A stretch of DNA of 64,000 nt from Alkalispirochaeta sp. (GTDB lineage: Bacteria > Spirochaetota > Spirochaetia > DSM-27196 > Alkalispirochaetaceae): NCBI GenBank assembly GCA_965601925.1, contig OZ271854.1:1056001-1120000 (forward strand), read 5' to 3'. This document shows, piece after piece, positions 40,460 to 50,075 of the stretch (the first letter of the stretch is position 1; each line of letters begins with the position of its first letter). A program made the translations under genes and the position numbers. Under the pieces are notes generated by a model that was not told the DNA's origin, did not search any database, and was given only the letters and a program-made list of their open reading frames with translations.

Positions 40460-41374
40460 TTACACGCGACGGTATGAGAGGGCGCGCGCCTTCTCGTACC
40501 CCAATATCTCGTCCCGCTTCAACTCCCCCGGATCGACCGAAGAGCCGAACCGAGCGGCGAGCTTAGCCTGCACCGTATCGCGAAACGCCTCCAAGGTCGG
40601 GCGCGCGCCGGTGAGCTCCTCGACGGAGGTCATCGGTTCGACAACCTTGTCCTTCACCTCCGGTGTCACCCATACCACCTTGAAAAAGTCGTCGGTTTTT
40701 AACGGAGCGAGGAAGACGACGCAGTTCACCACATAGAGATTCTCGATCTCGCTAACGAGAATCGTTGCAAGTTTTCTTCCGCGGGCGCGCACACTACCGC
40801 GATGTTTGTACCACGCCTCTTCGGCGCCCAGCTCGTGGAGCGTTTCGACCAACAGCTCACCGGCGGCGCGGAACGCCCCGTCGCCGGAGCCGAATGTGTG
40901 CTTGTCGACGACGAACTGGACGTTGGCGGTCGCCTCCGGGGTAAGGAAGACGAGCGTACGCTGACCGGTGATGATCACATGTTCCAACGCCGGCGTGTCC
41001 TCCCGGATCTCGTTGATCAGGTTGACGGAGCTCGCCAGGGTCACGATGGCACGGGCACCGGAGTCGTTGAGGATATGGGTGATCTCGCGCCCTTTGTACG
41101 TGGTATTGAAAGGCACCGCCGTACCGCCCAACTTCTGGATGCCGAAGAAGGTGTACACGAACTCCGGGATGTTGGGAAGCATGATCGCGACGCGATCTCC
41201 CGGCTCGATTCCGAGGCCGACGAGACCGTTTGCGACGCGATTGGCATTTTTATCCAACTCCTGATAGGTAATCGTCCGCCCGGCGACGCGCAACGCCTCT
41301 TTTTTCTTGTACGCGGCGGTGACGGTCTCGAGCATTCGGCCGATCGTCATCGGTTCGGTTACGGGGGAACTCAT
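40460..41374 (-). CDS. Fusion: acyl-CoA ligase N-terminal part (aa 1-137) + LplA-like C-terminal half
   Basis: TYQELDKNANRVANGL, GDRVAIMLPN, LNDSGA (ANL A1/A2), no P-loop. Then VRARGRKLA, EVKDKVVEPMTSVEELTG, GEL..DE resembling the LplA C-half. Confidence 0.8.
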   Translation of the reverse strand: MSSPVTEPMTIGRMLETVTAAYKKKEALRVAGRTITYQELDKNANRVANGLVGLGIEPGDRVAIMLPNIPEFVYTFFGIQKLGGTAVPFNTTYKGREITHILNDSGARAIVTLASSVNLINEIREDTPALEHVIITGQRTLVFLTPEATANVQFVVDKHTFGSGDGAFRAAGELLVETLHELGAEEAWYKHRGSVRARGRKLATILVSEIENLYVVNCVVFLAPLKTDDFFKVVWVTPEVKDKVVEPMTSVEELTGARPTLEAFRDTVQAKLAARFGSSVDPGELKRDEILGYEKARALSYRRV

Positions 41375-42918
41375 GATGCATCTCCTTGGGCGTCGGCTAC
41401 ATCGGATGAACGCTCGATCAGCCGGTCGTCGGTCGCCTCTCCGGTGAGCTCGCGGCGTAGGATTTTGCCGGTCGCGCTCTTTGGAAGGCTTTCGACGAAC
41501 TCGACGAGCTTGGGAACCTTGTACGCCGCCAGGTTGGCGTGACAGTACTCGGTGATGGCGCTCGTCTCGATAGTCTCTCCCGGTTTCAATACGACGAACG
41601 CTTTCACCGCCTCGCGGTCGCGCTTGTCCGTCACCGCGACGATCGCCGCCTCTTCCACCGCGGGATGGGTCATGATCGTCTCCTCCACCTCCCGCGGGGA
41701 GATGTTAAACCCGCCGCGAATGATGAGATCCTTCTTGCGATCGGTAATGAAGTAGTACCCGTCAGTGTCCCGATAGCCGAGATCGCCGGTGTGAAACCAC
41801 CCCTCCACGATCGCCTCCCCGGTCGCCTCCTCGTTTTTCCAGTAGCCCGGCGTAACGACTGCGGCGCTGATGACGATCTCGCCGACCTCGCCGTCGCCGA
41901 GGATGGTGCCGTCGTCGTCCATGATCGCCATCTCGACCGGTCCCGCGGGCGGCCCGATCGATCCCTCCTTGTACGCATCGCCGCTCGGATTGAGGCTGAC
42001 CGCGGAGGTCGTTTCAGTGAGGCCGTACCCCTCGTTAATGCGCGTCTGAAAGAGCTCCTCGAACTCGCGGATCGTCGTGACCGGAAGCGGCGCACCGCCG
42101 GAGACGCACGTATGGAGCGAGGTGGGGATCGATGTGTTTCGCACGCGCGCAAACTGCAACAGGTGCTGGTACATCGTAGGAATCGCGATGAGAATCGTGG
42201 CGTGATTCTCGCTGATCGCATCCAGAAGATTGCGTGGGGAGTAGTGCGAAACGAGGATCATCGTCGACGCATTGAAGAGTCCCGCAACCAACCCGTTGGA
42301 TAGTCCGTAGACGTGAAAGAGCGGCAGCACGAGCACGACACGATCGTCTTTGGTCATCTCGAATATCGTCGGGACGACCTCGGCGCACTGCGAATGGAAG
42401 TTGCGGTGAGTGAGCATCACGCCTTTCGGCTTGCCGGTCGTACCGGAGGTGTACAGCAACACGGCGGGCTGTTCGAGATCGACCTCCCTCGCCTTGAAGC
42501 GGTCGGAGGAGCGGACCATGAGCTCCGCCAAGTTGATCGTATCGACCGGCGCGGCGCCCGATCGGCCGCTTCGCGCCTGCTTCGCGACCGTGATACCTTC
42601 TTGCTGTGCGGCCTCTTGGTCTATGCGAAGGTCGGCGCCGGCTACCATACCCTTGCCGGTGACGCCCTGAACGACGACCGTGTCGGGCAACCGTTCATTC
42701 GACAACATATATTTACCGGCGATTCGCCCCTCCGCGAGGCCGGTTGCGTACGCGACGATATCCGCCGCGTCACCGTCGGGATTGTAGAGAAGTCGCCACC
42801 CCGGATGCGTTGCGTCGGATTCGGTCGAACCGTCGCCCTGTAGACTCTGCGTGTCTCGTCCCTCGGGACGCTCCGACGGGGCCGGTCGACCCTTTTTCCG
42901 TCTTCCGAATAGTGCCAT
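41371..42918 (-). CDS. Fusion: LplA-like N-terminal half + acyl-CoA ligase catalytic core and C-terminal domain
   Basis: WRLL...LPDTVVV...IDQEAAQQEGITVAKQ, then YTSGTTGKPKG, YGLTET, FHTGDLG, DRKKDLIIRGG, LPKSATGKILRR. Confidence 0.85.
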   Translation of the reverse strand: MALFGRRKKGRPAPSERPEGRDTQSLQGDGSTESDATHPGWRLLYNPDGDAADIVAYATGLAEGRIAGKYMLSNERLPDTVVVQGVTGKGMVAGADLRIDQEAAQQEGITVAKQARSGRSGAAPVDTINLAELMVRSSDRFKAREVDLEQPAVLLYTSGTTGKPKGVMLTHRNFHSQCAEVVPTIFEMTKDDRVVLVLPLFHVYGLSNGLVAGLFNASTMILVSHYSPRNLLDAISENHATILIAIPTMYQHLLQFARVRNTSIPTSLHTCVSGGAPLPVTTIREFEELFQTRINEGYGLTETTSAVSLNPSGDAYKEGSIGPPAGPVEMAIMDDDGTILGDGEVGEIVISAAVVTPGYWKNEEATGEAIVEGWFHTGDLGYRDTDGYYFITDRKKDLIIRGGFNISPREVEETIMTHPAVEEAAIVAVTDKRDREAVKAFVVLKPGETIETSAITEYCHANLAAYKVPKLVEFVESLPKSATGKILRRELTGEATDDRLIERSSDVADAQGDAS

Positions 42919-43297
42919 CTTCAAAAATTATGCGATGAATAGGCGTAGGTCAATAAAAAAACGGTCGCCGACCGAGTTAAAATTATAAAAGGGGTCGTTT
43001 TGTGCCCGCGGTCACCTCGATGCCGCGTTCCACCGGCGCGTCCGAAAAGTCCACCCCGAAAGTTGGAGCACGAGACGGACGCCCGGCCGGCCGCCGCCGA
43101 CTTCGCCGACGGAGCAAGGTCGCCGTCGAAGCGATTGAAAAAAGAAGGCTCGACGTGGCGCTGTCTGTACGGGATCCTCCCGGGTATGATTCGGTCATAA
43201 CGTGACGGAGGTGTGATATGCAACGAGTACTCGGCTCATCGAATATCAAAGTGAGCGCCATCGGCATGGGTGAAGTGATCTGCGTCGAGAGGGAGCC

Positions 43298-43990
43298 GTG
43301 ATGAAGGAGAAACCGGTTATCACCGCCGGGGAGGCGGTGGGCCACATACGGAACGGCGATACGATCATGGTGGGAGGCTTCATGGGAGTCGGCTCGCCTC
43401 CGGGACTTCTACGCTCTCTCAGGGAGTCGGGACGACGGGATTTAGTTCTCGTCTGTAGTGACAATGGTCTGTACCTAGGAGACGAGGACGAGGCGACCGG
43501 CGTCGCGTTGAACGTGCGGGCGCGTCAGTTTCGCCGCATCGTCTCCAGTCACATCGGCCTCAACAAGGAGACGCAGCGACAGATGATAACGGGCGAGACC
43601 GAGGTCGAGCTCGTTCCTCAAGGAACGTTGGCGGAACGCATACGAGCCGCCGGTGCCGGTCTCGGCGGTATCCTCACCCCCACCGGTATCGGGACTGAGG
43701 TTGCCGACGGCAAGGACGTGCTTCGGGTCGCCGGCCGCGACTACCTCTTGGAGCTCCCGATCCACGCCGACGTGACCCTTATCCGAGCGGCCAAGGCCGA
43801 CAGAGGAGGAAACCTCACCTACGCCGCCTCGGCCCGGAACTTCTGCCCCTTGATGGCTACGGCGGGTCGTACCGTCTTGGTGGAGGCGGACGAGATTGTA
43901 GAGGTCGGAGCGCTCGACCCGGAGGAGATCGTTACCCCCGGGATCTTCGTAGACTATCTGATTCAACGCGATGCGGGAAATGCGGTATGA
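43298..43990 (+). CDS. Family I CoA transferase subunit A (AtoD/ScoA-like)
   Basis: MVGGFMG, SHIGLN, PQGTLAERIRAAGAG, TPGIFVD. Confidence 0.95.
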   Translation: MMKEKPVITAGEAVGHIRNGDTIMVGGFMGVGSPPGLLRSLRESGRRDLVLVCSDNGLYLGDEDEATGVALNVRARQFRRIVSSHIGLNKETQRQMITGETEVELVPQGTLAERIRAAGAGLGGILTPTGIGTEVADGKDVLRVAGRDYLLELPIHADVTLIRAAKADRGGNLTYAASARNFCPLMATAGRTVLVEADEIVEVGALDPEEIVTPGIFVDYLIQRDAGNAV

Positions 43991-44649
43991 CATACACTCC
44001 GGACAAGACGAAAATCGCTCGACGGATCGCCGGTATGTTTTGTGACGGTGATGTAGTGAACCTGGGGATCGGGTTACCCACATTGGTGGGCAACTACATT
44101 CCCGATGACGTGGAGATTCTCCTCCAGTCTGAAAACGGCTTCCTCGGTTTGGGGCCGCAACCGCCCGCGGGGGAGGAGAACCCCGACCTCATAAATGCCG
44201 GGGCCGTCCCGGTGACCATTCTTCCGGGCGGGTGCTTCTTTGATTCCGCAGTCTCGTTCGGTATCATCCGCGGCGGCCATATCGACTATACGGTCCTCGG
44301 TGTTTTGGAGGTCGACCAGGAGGGCAACATCGCGAACTACAAAGTACCCGGCACAATGGTGCCCGGTATGGGGGGAGCCATGGATCTATTGACCGGTGCG
44401 CGGACGGTGATTGCCGCAACGGTTCATTTGGATAAGTCGGGTAACTCCAAGATGGTTACGCGGTGCTCTTTGCCCCTCACCGCCGCCGGAGAGGTGAATT
44501 ACGTGGTTACCGATGTCGGGCTGTTTGAGGTGGGAGAACGTCACTTCATCCTCAAGGAGTATTTTGCCCCGGCGACTCCGGAATGGATTGCGGAGGTGAC
44601 GCACGCCTCGGTTGCCGTCGCCGCCGATTGCCGGGAGTACCGATTCTGA
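43987..44649 (+). CDS. Family I CoA transferase subunit B (AtoA/ScoB-like)
   Basis: VNLGIGLPT, LQSENG (catalytic Glu), GMGGAMDL. Confidence 0.95.
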   Translation: MTYTPDKTKIARRIAGMFCDGDVVNLGIGLPTLVGNYIPDDVEILLQSENGFLGLGPQPPAGEENPDLINAGAVPVTILPGGCFFDSAVSFGIIRGGHIDYTVLGVLEVDQEGNIANYKVPGTMVPGMGGAMDLLTGARTVIAATVHLDKSGNSKMVTRCSLPLTAAGEVNYVVTDVGLFEVGERHFILKEYFAPATPEWIAEVTHASVAVAADCREYRF

Positions 44650-45521
44650 TACGAAATATCGCGTTCTTTCGGTTGCCGGGATCGACGCCGAACTCGATAA
44701 GGGCGCATCGTGCTCCCGGCGCGACGGAATCCGGGACGTCCCGCGGGGGGACGAGTTAACCCTCCCCTCGGGCTCCACGCCGGTACCGTCGAGAGGTCGA
44801 AGCGTCGGAGTCGGGGTTCTCCGTGACCCGTCGGTACTAGTCTTTTCGCACGGTGCAACGTGCTCCGGTGTGTACTCCCGGCGGAAGTACGCGGTCCGGC
44901 TCACCCCGCACCGACGCCCGGGAACTACACAGCTCGGCCGCTGCGGTACGAAACACGTCGTCGGGATCGTGTCGTCCCGATCGTCTCCGTCGTAGAGGTC
45001 GCATCGTTCGTCGTAGTGCTCGATAAGCGCCGTCTCGGAACGCGACGCGATTCCCGGGGCTCTTGAGCGGGTCGGCATCGACCGGGACGCATTAGAAGTT
45101 GCGGGGGGTATGACCTCCGGCCATCGGTACATGGAACGGTACGCACCGATCGACGAACACTGGACGGCCATAGCCCACCAGTACCGCGCCGGAACTGCGT
45201 ACGCGTACGTCGTCTCGGGGGGCATCGATAGCGATCGCGATTCGTTACCCTCGGCGGCGCCGAGCGCCTTTGCGGAGCTGGAGGCGCTGGTGCGGAGTCA
45301 AGCGCGCGGGAGGAGTGAAGGGCACGGCCACCGATGTCGTGCGCTTCGGAACGCTCTTTCTGGAGGGCGGTCGCGACGAGTGCGCGAGTCGCATCGCTTC
45401 GCGTGGGAGGAACTCAATCCATGGTCGGCCGTCGACCGGCGGGAGGCGAGTGAGGTGAAGTCGTCGTACGATAGGCCGGCATCGGACGAGAGCGTGTGCC
45501 CCGGCGGTCGATCGTGACGAC

Positions 45522-46532
45522 CTAACGCCGCACGGCCGCCGGCGGGGCGGTCGAGTCGCGCACCAGCAGTTCCGCCTGTCCGTCGTACTCCACGTTGGAT
45601 ATCGGGCGATCGTCGACGATATCGAATAGCATCGACGCCGCGGTCCTGCCGAGTTGATGGCGTGGGACGTGAATCGTCGTGAGCGTCGGACGAATCATCG
45701 TCGCGAGGGGGATATCGTCGAATCCGGTGATCGAGACCTCGTCCGGCACACGCACGCCGCGGTCGAGGCACTCGAGCATGGCGCCGACTGCCACGACGTC
45801 GTTGTAGCACGCCACGGCGGTAACGTCGTGTTCCAACATCTCAGCCATGGCTCGACGTCCCTCTTCTACCGTGAGGCGCTCGGTCTGCACCACCAACCGC
45901 GGATCAAACGCAATGTCGTTCGCCGACAATGCAGCACGGTAGCCGTTGAGTCGTTCGCAGTTACCCTCCCGACGAAAACCGAGATGACCGATAGCGCGAT
46001 GGCCGATCTCGACGAGATACCCGGTTGTGCGATACAGACCGTCGTTTCCCGGTATATGAAGGGTCGATGCGTTCCGTGGATGTTGACTGGTGATCACGAC
46101 GACGTGGTGGCGTTCGGCAATGGCACTCAGCTCTTCCTCGCCGAGGCGTGTGCCGCACAAGATCAAGCCGTCGACCTGCTTGTCCGCCATCGTCTCGATC
46201 AAGACGCGCTCCTGGGAGGGATCCTCGTCGGTATTTCCCAGCAGGACGCTGTATCCGCCGGCCTTGCACGCCTCTTGTACACCGTTGATGAACTCCGGGA
46301 AAAACGCGTCGGTGATCTGAGGGATGATCGTGGCGATTAGATGACTCTTACCCATCACCAGCGTTCGCGCCACGGCGTTCGGTCGGTATCCGAGCTCCTC
46401 GATGATGCGTTGCACCCGTTTTCGCGTATCTTCCGATATTTCGCCTTCGCCGTTGACGACTCGCGAGACGGTACGAATCGAGACGTTGGCATGACGGGCG
46501 ATATCTTTGAGCGTGGCTCGATTCTTCGGCAT
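45522..46532 (-). CDS. LacI-family repressor
   Basis: TLKDIARHANVSIRTVSRV, YRPNAVAR, SITGFDD, LTTI. Confidence 0.95.
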   Translation of the reverse strand: MPKNRATLKDIARHANVSIRTVSRVVNGEGEISEDTRKRVQRIIEELGYRPNAVARTLVMGKSHLIATIIPQITDAFFPEFINGVQEACKAGGYSVLLGNTDEDPSQERVLIETMADKQVDGLILCGTRLGEEELSAIAERHHVVVITSQHPRNASTLHIPGNDGLYRTTGYLVEIGHRAIGHLGFRREGNCERLNGYRAALSANDIAFDPRLVVQTERLTVEEGRRAMAEMLEHDVTAVACYNDVVAVGAMLECLDRGVRVPDEVSITGFDDIPLATMIRPTLTTIHVPRHQLGRTAASMLFDIVDDRPISNVEYDGQAELLVRDSTAPPAAVRR

Positions 46533-46568
46533 CGTTGTTCTTCTCTTCGGTGTAGTGTAGCCCGTTCC

Positions 46569-46580
46569 GCCGACGTTGGC
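46569..46580. promoter_or_regulatory. LacI-type operator GCCGACGTTGGC
   Basis: CG-centred near-palindrome just upstream of the LacI gene. Confidence 0.65.
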
Positions 46581-46639
46581 AATTTCGTATTTCAGCCGGC
46601 CGATCACGATTCCAAAACGTGAAGTATCGACATCATTCC

Positions 46640-46704
46640 TTGACAATAAACGTCTCCGTGGTAGTATGAGGATGTCCGCCAACGTAAACGTTTAGGTTGG
46701 CGGA
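46640..46704 (+). promoter_or_regulatory. Promoter (TTGACA...TAGTAT) followed by operator TCCGCCAAC-N12-GTTGGCGGA
   Basis: 9-bp perfect inverted repeat at 46675-46704. Confidence 0.75.
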
Positions 46705-46753
46705 GCTTGTTTTCGCCGTTCAGCACCGATCAGGATCGAAAAAGGAGACCTAT

Positions 46754-48112
46754 ATGAAAAACCTATGGACCGTTTTTTTTGTTGCGCTGTTCCTCGTACG
46801 GTTCGCAGCGCCCGCGTTTGCAGGAGGGACCGCCGAAGGTGGTGAACAACGGGAGACGGTAGAGATCACCGTACTGCTGGCCGCCTCGGACGTCGGCGCG
46901 GATGTGCTGGAGATATACAACGAGATGTATCCTCACGTGCGCGTGAACGCCGAGCAGCACAACTGGGAGAAGCTCGGCGCCATGGTGACCTCCGGCGACA
47001 TCCCCGCCGTGACGGCCATGACCCAGACACGCGTGGCGCGCTTCGCCGCGATCGGTGCGATCGCGCCGATTGACGACTTAGTCGAGCGCTACAGCGAGAT
47101 CGAGGTGAGCGATTTCATGCCGAGCGAAGAGGGTTGGATTCTCGATGAGAACTTTCTTGCGGGCAACGGCGGATCGCGTTACGGGATCTCCAAAGACTGG
47201 AACCTTACCGAGGACTTCTTCTATCGCAGAGATATCTTCGCAGAGGCGGGCGTGGCGGAGCCTGCGGAAAACGAGCTCCTAACCTACGCGGAGTTCCGTG
47301 AGATGCTCGAGCAACTGGCGGTACGGGAGAACGACGTCACCCGACGCTGGGCCGTCGACGGGTATCTCTTTGCCGACGTCACGGCGGCGTTTCGCACGCT
47401 CCTGTACACCGCGGGAACCGATGTTTACAACGGTGAGATGACGCGCGTCGATATCTCGGGTAACGACGAGGCGTTGCGCGTGTTGCGATTTCTCCTCGAT
47501 CTCCAACGAGACTATCTTGCGCCGAGCGTGATCGACCCGGCGCCGGTGTGGGCGTTGCCGCTCATGAACAACATTGAGGAGAGTCCCCTCGCGATAATGC
47601 AGTGGGGCCAATGGGCGCTCTCTTCGATTCTGGAGGAGCCGGAGGAGTTGATCGAGAACGTCGCCTTTGCCGAGGGGCCGGTGTGGAGTACTCAGGTCGA
47701 GGTGCAACTGTTCCACCCCTCGGTGGGCTACTCCATCGGCGCCGGGCTCACGCCGGAGCAGGAGGAGGCGGCGTGGGACTTCCTGGAGTTGCTTACGTAC
47801 GGCGAGGTGGGGCGTTACCGGGCCGAGCAGGGATGGGGCTTTCCGGCCTTTCGCTCGATGATGGAGCTCGCGCCGCGAGACAACGCCCTCGCCGACCAAG
47901 TGTGGCGTGTGTCGATGCACCAAATCGAAAACCAACAGTTCGACGTCTTGGGGTGGACGCCGTACGCGTCGTTCCCGCTACAGACGGCTATTAACGCCAA
48001 TCGCGACGCGTATCTGCGCGACGAGATCTCTTTTGATGAGTTCGTCCGTATCGTGGAGACGGAAGCCAACGAGGCGTTGCGTCGCGGCATCGAAGCCTTG
48101 GCCGCCGAGTAG
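46754..48112 (+). CDS. Carbohydrate ABC transporter solute-binding protein
   Basis: AAGGAG RBS, signal peptide ending FAGGTAE, FFYRRDIFAEAG, AAWDFL. Confidence 0.9.
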   Translation: MKNLWTVFFVALFLVRFAAPAFAGGTAEGGEQRETVEITVLLAASDVGADVLEIYNEMYPHVRVNAEQHNWEKLGAMVTSGDIPAVTAMTQTRVARFAAIGAIAPIDDLVERYSEIEVSDFMPSEEGWILDENFLAGNGGSRYGISKDWNLTEDFFYRRDIFAEAGVAEPAENELLTYAEFREMLEQLAVRENDVTRRWAVDGYLFADVTAAFRTLLYTAGTDVYNGEMTRVDISGNDEALRVLRFLLDLQRDYLAPSVIDPAPVWALPLMNNIEESPLAIMQWGQWALSSILEEPEELIENVAFAEGPVWSTQVEVQLFHPSVGYSIGAGLTPEQEEAAWDFLELLTYGEVGRYRAEQGWGFPAFRSMMELAPRDNALADQVWRVSMHQIENQQFDVLGWTPYASFPLQTAINANRDAYLRDEISFDEFVRIVETEANEALRRGIEALAAE

Positions 48113-48168
48113 TTCGCATTGGTTACAAGCGGGATGAAGCATATGCACGGATCGGCTCATGACGCGGT

Positions 48169-49125
48169 GTGCGTCTCGCGGGAATCGGCACATTGAGCTT
48201 TCAACGCAGACGACGCAACCGGCGCGCATTCTACGCCTTCATCGCTCCGTGGTTGTTCGGTATCGTCTTCCTCAGCCTCTTCCCGCTGTTGTGGGGTCTG
48301 GTATTCAGCTTCTCCAACTATACGGGACTCACGCTCCGCAATATGCGCTGGGTCGGTTTCGAAAACTACATCGAAGCGCTCGGCGACGCGGCGTTTCGCC
48401 ACGGTCTGACGCGTACCGCCGTGATCACCGTGATCGCCGTACCGCTCAAAGTGGGACTCGGCTTGATGCTCGCACTCCAGATGCAAAAGGTCCGTCGGGG
48501 TGTGGGCGTCTTTCGCACGCTTCTCTATATACCGGTGATGCTTCCGATCGTGGCCCAGGTATTCATCTGGAACGCGATCTTTCACCCGACGGCCGGCTTT
48601 CTTAACGGGCTGTTGAACGTGTTCCTCGACGGCGTGCGCATCAACTGGGTCGCCGACTACTCGTCGACTCTGCTCATCGCGCTCTTTACGTGGGGGGTCG
48701 GTGAGACGGTCGTAATCTTCTTTGCCGCGCTGATGACGCTCCCCGACGATCTACTGGAGTCGGCGCAACTCGACGGTGCAACGCGTTTCGCCCTGCTGCG
48801 GCACGTCAAGCTGCCGTTGATGTCGCCGATCGTCTTTTTGCAGGTCGTGATGAACCTGGTGAAGTCGCTGCAACTGCTCACGCCGGCGATGTTGTTGATT
48901 CCACCGGGCGCTCCCATGGCGCGCAGTGGACGCCTCTCGACGTTGGAGGTCCCGACGCCTAACCGCCTTGCGCTCATCCACATCTACGAAGAGGCGTTCG
49001 TACACAATCGTTTCGGCTATTCACTAAGTCTGTCGTGGATCTTCTTCGTGCTCACCGCGCTCGTGGGCGTCCTCTTCTGGAGAGTCAGCCGCAACCATAT
49101 CTACTACGAGACGGACATCGACTGA
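48169..49125 (+). CDS. Carbohydrate ABC permease (MalF-like)
   Basis: FIAPWLFG, WVGFENY, ESAQLDGA (EAA loop). Confidence 0.92.
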   Translation: MRLAGIGTLSFQRRRRNRRAFYAFIAPWLFGIVFLSLFPLLWGLVFSFSNYTGLTLRNMRWVGFENYIEALGDAAFRHGLTRTAVITVIAVPLKVGLGLMLALQMQKVRRGVGVFRTLLYIPVMLPIVAQVFIWNAIFHPTAGFLNGLLNVFLDGVRINWVADYSSTLLIALFTWGVGETVVIFFAALMTLPDDLLESAQLDGATRFALLRHVKLPLMSPIVFLQVVMNLVKSLQLLTPAMLLIPPGAPMARSGRLSTLEVPTPNRLALIHIYEEAFVHNRFGYSLSLSWIFFVLTALVGVLFWRVSRNHIYYETDID

Positions 49126-49136
49126 AAGGGAACGCC

Positions 49137-49985
49137 ATGAGTGTTACGACGACTCGGAAAACAGAAAAGATCATCGCCTACGCCGTTCTCATCGTCGTCG
49201 TCGCCGTCGTCACCATCCCCTTGATCTGGCTCGTCTTCGGAGCGCTTAAGAGCGATCGTGACTTCGCCTCGATGACGCCGCGCCTCTTTGCGCGCGAGTT
49301 TCAGTGGCGCAACTTCATCGACGTGTTCGGCCGGGCAAGCTTTCTCCAGGGGTTTCGTAACTCGTTGGTGATGGCGACGATCTATACCTCCCTCGCGGTA
49401 ATGGGAAGCAGTATGGCCGGATACGCCTTTGCCCGTATTTACGTCCCGGAGCGGCGCGCAATTTTCACCTTTCTCTTTCTCACGATGTTCCTTCCGATGA
49501 TCGTCACCCTGATCCCCTCCTACCTGCTGTTCACCTTCTTGGGAATCGCCGGTTCATACTGGCCGTGGGTCTTGTGGGGTATCGGCGGGAACCGCCTCAT
49601 CATCTTTCTCTTTCGACAATTCTTTGCCGGTATGCCGAGATCCTTGGAGGATGCGGCGATGATCGACGGGTGCGGCCCCTTTCGCACCTTTGTGGCGATC
49701 ATGGCGCCCAACGCCGCCTCGACCTACGTGCTGTCGATCATTTTTCTATTTACGTTCATCTGGTCCGACTTTCTCACTCCGTTTCTCTACCTTCCCGTGG
49801 AGCTTCTGCCGTTGGCGGTGGTCATTCAGACGGGACTCGACCCGCCCTACACCGCCTACGGCGTGATGGACATCCCGATGAAGCTCACCGCAACCGTGTA
49901 CTTCATCGTACCGATCGTCATCTTTTTCTTCTTGGTGCAAAAGAAGATCATGAAGGGCGTGGCGACCACCGGTATCAAGGGATGA
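49137..49985 (+). CDS. Carbohydrate ABC permease (MalG-like)
   Basis: AGYAFAR, LEDAAMIDG, C-terminal GVATTGIKG. Confidence 0.92.
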   Translation: MSVTTTRKTEKIIAYAVLIVVVAVVTIPLIWLVFGALKSDRDFASMTPRLFAREFQWRNFIDVFGRASFLQGFRNSLVMATIYTSLAVMGSSMAGYAFARIYVPERRAIFTFLFLTMFLPMIVTLIPSYLLFTFLGIAGSYWPWVLWGIGGNRLIIFLFRQFFAGMPRSLEDAAMIDGCGPFRTFVAIMAPNAASTYVLSIIFLFTFIWSDFLTPFLYLPVELLPLAVVIQTGLDPPYTAYGVMDIPMKLTATVYFIVPIVIFFFLVQKKIMKGVATTGIKG

Positions 49986-50075
49986 GTAGCGGCGTGCGGG
50001 ACGCCGCTCTCTCTCCCGGTCGCCGGCGTTCGTACCGGGTGCGAGACCATCGAAGCGTACACGAGCGTTGACGCA

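Noticed and set aside
40460..42918. Split intein or protein trans-splicing as the explanation for the split ligase
   Set aside because: No Cys/Ser-1, TxxH or terminal His-Asn motifs at the junctions; the extra segments resemble LplA, not Hint domains.
40460..42918. Simple frameshifted or broken acyl-CoA ligase pseudogene
   Set aside because: The halves are in reversed order, each is fused in frame to extra sequence, catalytic motifs are intact and the genes are coupled.
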